Source: Spirochaetota bacterium
GTDB lineage: Bacteria; Spirochaetota; UBA4802; UBA5550
Assembly (NCBI GenBank): GCA_963663865.1
Contig: OY760686.1
Coordinates: 1,856,001-1,920,000, forward strand
DNA: 64,000 nucleotides
Reading direction: 5' to 3'
Part shown: positions 59,171 to 64,000 of the stretch, in pieces
How positions within the stretch are numbered: the first letter of the stretch is position 1
Layout: each line of letters opens with the position of its first letter
Notes under the pieces: model-generated
The model's input: the letters and a program-made list of their open reading frames with translations, nothing else
What the model was told of the DNA's origin: nothing
Database searches by the model: none
Program-made: the position numbers and the translations under genes

Positions 59171-59542
59171 ATGGCCGAAAAAACCAGACTGCTTTCTGTT
59201 CGGAAAAACCGGAGAAAAGGGAAAGATACACTGACAAAGCTGGTTGCATTTATTTCAGTTTTGTGCTGGGTTTTGATGGCAGCAGTAATGACACTGTTTG
59301 CTGTTTCACGCCCCAGAGTTGAACAGTCCTACTCTGCCTCGGAAGCGTTGTCTGGGTTTATATGGGACGGCTCATTGTTATCATATTCGTATTTTCTTCT
59401 GATCGCTGAGACCGGCCTGTGTATTATCGGCATTGTACTTAATTCATTCAGGATAAAAAGAAAAACTGACAGGTACAACACTTCACTGTTTTTTCTTTTG
59501 TTGATATCGCTGCTTGTGGTTTTTGTATCGTTCTTGATGTAA
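59171..59542 (+). CDS. Uncharacterised 3-TM membrane protein
   Basis: Basic N-terminus (RKNRRKGKD), three TM segments, WD and N..RIKRKTD motifs. Confidence 0.75.
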   Translation: MAEKTRLLSVRKNRRKGKDTLTKLVAFISVLCWVLMAAVMTLFAVSRPRVEQSYSASEALSGFIWDGSLLSYSYFLLIAETGLCIIGIVLNSFRIKRKTDRYNTSLFFLLLISLLVVFVSFLM

Positions 59543-59545
59543 AAA

Positions 59546-59905
59546 TCATGTAGAGCTTATATAGCTCAAGGCCTTCTCTTCGCTGTCAAAAATATCGAAT
59601 GCTCTTATTATTCCAAGCGTTTTCAGAAGGCTCTCAGCCTGGTTGTTGGCCTTGCACAAGAGCATTTTTTTACCTTTCGTTTTCAAGCTGTCTTTAAGTG
59701 TTACGAATGTATGTACTGTTGTGCTTGTTATAAAGTCAATATTTCGTAAATCCATTATCAGATATTCGAATTTATTCGCGTTGATGAGTTCCTGAAGCCT
59801 GTTTTCAACCTCGCATAGCGTGTTAGGATCCATTCTGCCGGATAGCCTTACCAGAGGTACACCTGAAACCCACTCGACATTGATGTAATCGCTATTCACG
59901 TTCAC
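59546..59905 (-). CDS. STAS domain protein
   Basis: LSGRMD...LIMDLRNIDFITST...LLKTLGI..FDIFDSEEKAL. Confidence 0.85.
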   Translation of the reverse strand: MNVNSDYINVEWVSGVPLVRLSGRMDPNTLCEVENRLQELINANKFEYLIMDLRNIDFITSTTVHTFVTLKDSLKTKGKKMLLCKANNQAESLLKTLGIIRAFDIFDSEEKALSYISST

Positions 59906-60254
59906 AGTTTTCCTCCGGGCTGGAGCATAAGTTCCTTATCGCCTCATCTTTGCAGTTGTAAACATTTACCATGCTGTCAAGATCTACAAATTCAAGCATT
60001 TTTCTGACTCCAGGACTTATGTTGCAGATAGAGATGTTCTTTTTGTTTTCAAGGAGCCGAATGTGAAGAGATATAAGCATTCTTACCGCAGAACTGTGCA
60101 GATATTCAACATTTGATAAATCAAATAGGATATCGCATTCCGGGTCGTCGTTAACATAGGACGCGATCTCCTTTTCAAGATTAGCTGTTTGCGAGATATC
60201 CATTCGTCCGCTGGGGAAAACAACCAGCACGTGATCGTCTTTTCTGACCTGCAT
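59892..60254 (-). CDS. STAS domain protein
   Basis: PSGRMD...LFDLSNVEYLHSSAVRML...VRKMLEFVDL. Confidence 0.87.
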   Translation of the reverse strand: MQVRKDDHVLVVFPSGRMDISQTANLEKEIASYVNDDPECDILFDLSNVEYLHSSAVRMLISLHIRLLENKKNISICNISPGVRKMLEFVDLDSMVNVYNCKDEAIRNLCSSPEENCERE

Positions 60255-60385
60255 AACTGCTCCTGTCTGTATTTTTGCGGCAATCGGGGTAGAAAATAAA
60301 CCCTCTGACTCTAAAATATACGGATGCCTGTGGTCGAGTTCAAAAAAATTATTCTTTTTTTGAAAAAAATATAGATATTTAGGGA

Positions 60386-61408
60386 TTAATTAAACTTAAT
60401 ATGTACGTTTGGACGGAAAATAAGTGTCCACTCACGCTCAATTCTTCTTTTAAGCTCACCAGAATAGCTGTTCTGAAACAGTTTAACGACGCCAGTGGCA
60501 AATGAGAATGTAACATTTCCCTTTCCAACGGGAAAATTCTTCCCGAAAAGAAACGATACTCTTGAGAGTCTGGCCCGGTGAACTTCGTCAACTTTGAAAT
60601 CGGCCCTGAACTCCTGTTCGCTGTCGTAAACAAAAAAGCCAAGCAGAGGGTTAATGTCGTGTTTGACGAAGTCAATCCTGTTCCGCTTTACTGAAACATA
60701 GCACACATCGCTAATTTCACTGTTATCATGGAATTTAACCCCTAACGAATAACTCCAGCTTAAATTGTGCGCTTCCCGCAAGTCTGACCCCTTAAGCTTG
60801 ATTTCTGATTCCCACCAGTTATCTCTAACCATTATATTGTCGACGATGTGGTAGCCTCCATAGCTGAACAGCCATCCGCTGTATCCCTTGCCTACTACCT
60901 CTTTGCCGTCCGATGAAGTAAAGTCAGCGACATTGCCCAGGAAAAATGACGCAGCCCATGGCTCCGGAAAGCCTTCAGTAACAGCTCTAACAATGTTGAG
61001 GCTGTGAGAGAGTTCGGCATTCTGATAAAAATTGTCGTAGTTCTCCTTTATGTAAACCCCTGCAACGGGCAAAGGGTAAATGCTGCCCTCGACAAGAATA
61101 TAACGTGGAAGATAGAGGTTTTTTAGCATATGACTATAGTACATCCATTCATTTGTCAGGATGGTTTTGGGTATGGGTTTATCGGTTAATGAAAGAGTGT
61201 AGTCAACACAGCTGTAGTACGGATCAAGTTCAAAGCTGATCTGATGGTATCCAGCTTTGTCGAGCTGGAATGGAAAGAGAACAGCACGGGCATCATCTGT
61301 CAAAAGCGCGAGGTTGACGGTTGCGAGAAGCAGGAGTTTCACTCTTCCGGTTCTAAAGCATTTCCCAACTGAATAACTCCGTTTTTTCAATGGATATCTG
61401 AGCCTCAC
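60386..61408 (-). CDS. Exported, possibly outer-membrane, hypothetical protein
   Basis: Hydrophobic segment ending in ARA (true start probably downstream of 61408). The C-terminal half is rich in aromatic alternating strands. Confidence 0.65.
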   Translation of the reverse strand: MRLRYPLKKRSYSVGKCFRTGRVKLLLLATVNLALLTDDARAVLFPFQLDKAGYHQISFELDPYYSCVDYTLSLTDKPIPKTILTNEWMYYSHMLKNLYLPRYILVEGSIYPLPVAGVYIKENYDNFYQNAELSHSLNIVRAVTEGFPEPWAASFFLGNVADFTSSDGKEVVGKGYSGWLFSYGGYHIVDNIMVRDNWWESEIKLKGSDLREAHNLSWSYSLGVKFHDNSEISDVCYVSVKRNRIDFVKHDINPLLGFFVYDSEQEFRADFKVDEVHRARLSRVSFLFGKNFPVGKGNVTFSFATGVVKLFQNSYSGELKRRIEREWTLIFRPNVHIKFN

Positions 61409-61697
61409 GCTTTTTTCTTGATGATAAATTATGGACTAATCTGCAATAATGTATAATAATACAGAAGTTTGAAAATCCAGCACAATAATTCGAAAGTCAG
61501 TCTTTTTAGTTGTCAAAAATTTTCATTCAAATAAGCAGAAAAAAGCTTAATTCTCTGGTTTATTACAGCAGTATTATTTATTATTCAAAAATGAGTCTTT
61601 TTTATTATTGAGCTTGAACTATTCATGTACAGTTTAATAATTTGTATTATAAGAAGTTTGTTTAATACAAAACTATTATTATTCAAGAAGGACGGTC

Positions 61698-63791
61698 ATG
61701 TCAAAAAGCCTATATCTAACAACGACAGAAAGTGATTCACAGAAAAAAGCTGTCACGCTTGGTTTGATGGAAATGCTTATCAGGCGTACAGGCAAGGTCG
61801 CCTACTTTAAGCCTATTATTCACGTTTCAGAAAAAAATACCGTTGAAGACAACTTCCGCCTTGTGAAATCCTATTTCAACCTTCCTCTTCACAATGAGCA
61901 GATGTACGCCTACACCTTTGATGAAGCGGAGAGGCTTATTTCCGGAGGGCTTCAGGATGAATTTCTTGAAGGCATTGTAAAGAAGTACAAGGAACTGGAA
62001 GAGAGCCATTCATTCGTTCTGTGTGAAGGAACCGATTTTGATCTGCTGACATCGAACTTTGAGATGGATTTAAACGCCAGGATTGCATCTGTTCTGGCGA
62101 GCCCGGTAATTGTATCGACTCCCGCCGCAAATCGGGAGGTGCGGAATGTTCTACAGGCTGTAAAGATAACTGTTGAATCCTTTAAGTCGAAAAAGTGCGA
62201 CGTAATCGGGACTATTGTTAACAGGGTCCCCGAACAGAATTGTCCGCAGTATCAGCAAGTACTAAAAAGCGAGCCTCTGCTGTCAGGCCAGCATCTTGCA
62301 GTTTTGCCGGAAAGCTCAATTATTGGCACTCCCACCCTGCTTGAAATAGTAAAATATCTGAATGCGTCTGTACTATTTGGAGGAGATCAGCTTTCAAGGA
62401 GTGTAAACAATGTCTCAATCGGAGTTATGAGGCTTGAAAACCATCTCTGGGGAGTAACCGACGGAACCATGATTGTTACCACAGGCGACAGGGCTGATCT
62501 TATCGCCGGGTCAATCCTGATGAATCAGTCCAGTAACTTCCCTGAAATATCGGCTTTAATGCTTACATCGGAGCATCCGGTAGATAAAATGATTCTGAAG
62601 CTTATTGAAGGCGTTAAGTATAAAATACCTATTTTAACTGTTAATGAGGATATAACCAGAACGGCTTCAAAGCTTGATACAATAAAACCTGACATTCTGC
62701 CAGAAAACGCCACAAAGATACAGGCCGCTCTCAACCTGTTCGATGCTTACGCTGACACTGAGGCGCTCGCCAAGCTGATTATTGAATCCAGGGCTTCCAA
62801 GGTGACTCCGAAGATGTTTGAGTATGAGCTCATACATAAGGCGAAGATGCAGAAGAGACACATTGTTCTCCCCGAGGGGACGGATGACAGGATTTTAAGG
62901 GCAGCGGATTCCATAATAGCGAGAAATATCGTGGATCTCACACTTCTTGGAAATGAGAAGAAGATTAAGGCGCGAATACTTGAGCTTGGCCTTGATATGA
63001 CAAATATTCAAATAATTGATCCTCACAACTCACCGCTTACTGCCAAATACGGAGAGGCTTTTTATGAATTAAGGAAGAGTAAGGGGACAACCCCTGAGGA
63101 AGCAAAGCTTGCGGTTCTTGATGTCAGCTACTTCGGAACTATGATGGTCTATATGGGTGATGCGGACGGAATGGTCTCAGGTGCCGTTCATTCAACGGCG
63201 GAAACCATACGACCCGGGCTTCAGATTATAAAGACAAAGCCCGGTGTTTCAATAGTATCATCAGTTTTCCTGATGTGTCTCGAAGACAGGGTCGTAGCTT
63301 ACGGGGACTGCGCTGTTAACCCTGATCCCACAGCTGAGGAGCTTGCAAACATAGCTATATCATCGGCTGAAACGGGATACACTTTCGGCATAGATCCCAG
63401 GGTTGCGATGCTCTCATATTCAACAGGGGACTCCGGTACCGGAGCAGACGTTGATAAAGTTAGAAAGGCAACTGAGATTGCAAGAAAGATGAGGCCCGAC
63501 CTGAAAATAGAAGGCCCTATTCAGTATGACGCGGCTGTATCAAAAGCTGTCGCTGCAACAAAAATGCCTGATTCAGAGGTTGCGGGAAACGCTACGATAT
63601 TTGTTTTCCCGGACCTTAACACTGGAAACAACACATACAAGGCGGTACAGCGTGAAACAGGCGCAATCGCGATTGGCCCAATATTGCAGGGTATGAACAA
63701 ACCTGTTAACGACCTCAGCAGAGGATGCACCATCCCGGATATAATCAATACGGTAATAATTACAGCAATACAATCACAGACACAGGAGTAA
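61698..63791 (+). CDS. pta: Phosphate acetyltransferase, long (DRTGG-containing) form
   Basis: N-terminal YFKPI / CEGTD, DRTGG-like TTGDRADL, catalytic IVLPEG, SGAVHSTA, GPIQYDAA, NDLSRG. Confidence 0.96.
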   Translation: MSKSLYLTTTESDSQKKAVTLGLMEMLIRRTGKVAYFKPIIHVSEKNTVEDNFRLVKSYFNLPLHNEQMYAYTFDEAERLISGGLQDEFLEGIVKKYKELEESHSFVLCEGTDFDLLTSNFEMDLNARIASVLASPVIVSTPAANREVRNVLQAVKITVESFKSKKCDVIGTIVNRVPEQNCPQYQQVLKSEPLLSGQHLAVLPESSIIGTPTLLEIVKYLNASVLFGGDQLSRSVNNVSIGVMRLENHLWGVTDGTMIVTTGDRADLIAGSILMNQSSNFPEISALMLTSEHPVDKMILKLIEGVKYKIPILTVNEDITRTASKLDTIKPDILPENATKIQAALNLFDAYADTEALAKLIIESRASKVTPKMFEYELIHKAKMQKRHIVLPEGTDDRILRAADSIIARNIVDLTLLGNEKKIKARILELGLDMTNIQIIDPHNSPLTAKYGEAFYELRKSKGTTPEEAKLAVLDVSYFGTMMVYMGDADGMVSGAVHSTAETIRPGLQIIKTKPGVSIVSSVFLMCLEDRVVAYGDCAVNPDPTAEELANIAISSAETGYTFGIDPRVAMLSYSTGDSGTGADVDKVRKATEIARKMRPDLKIEGPIQYDAAVSKAVAATKMPDSEVAGNATIFVFPDLNTGNNTYKAVQRETGAIAIGPILQGMNKPVNDLSRGCTIPDIINTVIITAIQSQTQE

Positions 63792-63800
63792 TAGTTTTTT

Positions 63801-64000
63801 ATGAAAATTCTCGTTATAAACACAGGAAGTTCTTCAATCAAATACCGGCTTTTTGACATGGAGAATTCGCACCTTCTCGCGGCCGGTTTGATAGAAAAAA
63901 TCGGTGCGGACATCAGCCACGTGTCGCACAAGGCCTACAGGGCTGACGGTTCCAGCGAATCAATGAAGAAAGATCAGCCTGTCAAAAACCACAGAGACGG
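63801..64000 (+). CDS. ackA: Acetate kinase, N-terminal part (runs off the window)
   Basis: [20 protein letters not shown]...GLIEKIG directly after pta. Confidence 0.93.
   Translation, partial: MKILVINTGSSSIKYRLFDMENSHLLAAGLIEKIGADISHVSHKAYRADGSSESMKKDQPVKNHRD

Noticed and set aside
59171-59230. RxxxR c-di-GMP-binding motif in the N-terminus of the 3-TM protein
   Set aside because: RKNRR is adequately explained by the positive-inside rule, and there is no accompanying PilZ DxSxxG motif.
1-64000. CRISPR arrays, IS elements, prophage, toxin-antitoxin or defence systems, programmed frameshifts or Sec recoding
   Set aside because: I saw no regularly spaced repeats, transposase, integrase or nuclease genes. 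Recognised genes appear full length, and the 4-nt overlaps are ordinary translational coupling. This was a manual reading only.

Overview
This 64 kb window looks like core bacterial chromosome. A Spirochaetota-like diderm is my inference from the gene content and protein style, not a demonstrated assignment. Housekeeping genes include pgk, aspS-phoH-7TM/HD-ybeY, pgm, tilS-ftsH, recG, tRNA-Thr/tRNA-Tyr, hisE-hisG, tig-clpP-clpX-lon, lipB, tolC-macA-macB and pta-ackA. A complete arginine-to-spermidine pathway is split over two operons (aguA-aguB; speA-CASDH-nspC). Fatty-acid activation and acylation genes are present (two tandem acyl-CoA synthetases, plsB, plsC). I found no mobile element, prophage, CRISPR array or recognisable defence system, and I cannot claim a proven new system. 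The best leads are: (1) two paralogues of an unrecognised 4-TM membrane protein with conserved His residues and an HxNxFGKKV motif, one sitting where a PiT transporter would normally follow a degenerate DUF47 gene; (2) a coupled pair of exported proteins (unknown protein plus Cys-His-Asp transglutaminase) near a holin-like ORF; (3) a chemoreceptor with an apparently periplasmic CZB zinc domain; (4) a degenerate HD-GYP protein near a stand-alone ComFB; (5) candidate structured RNA leaders before aspS and tig; (6) an unannotated 51-aa ORF with a strong RBS.
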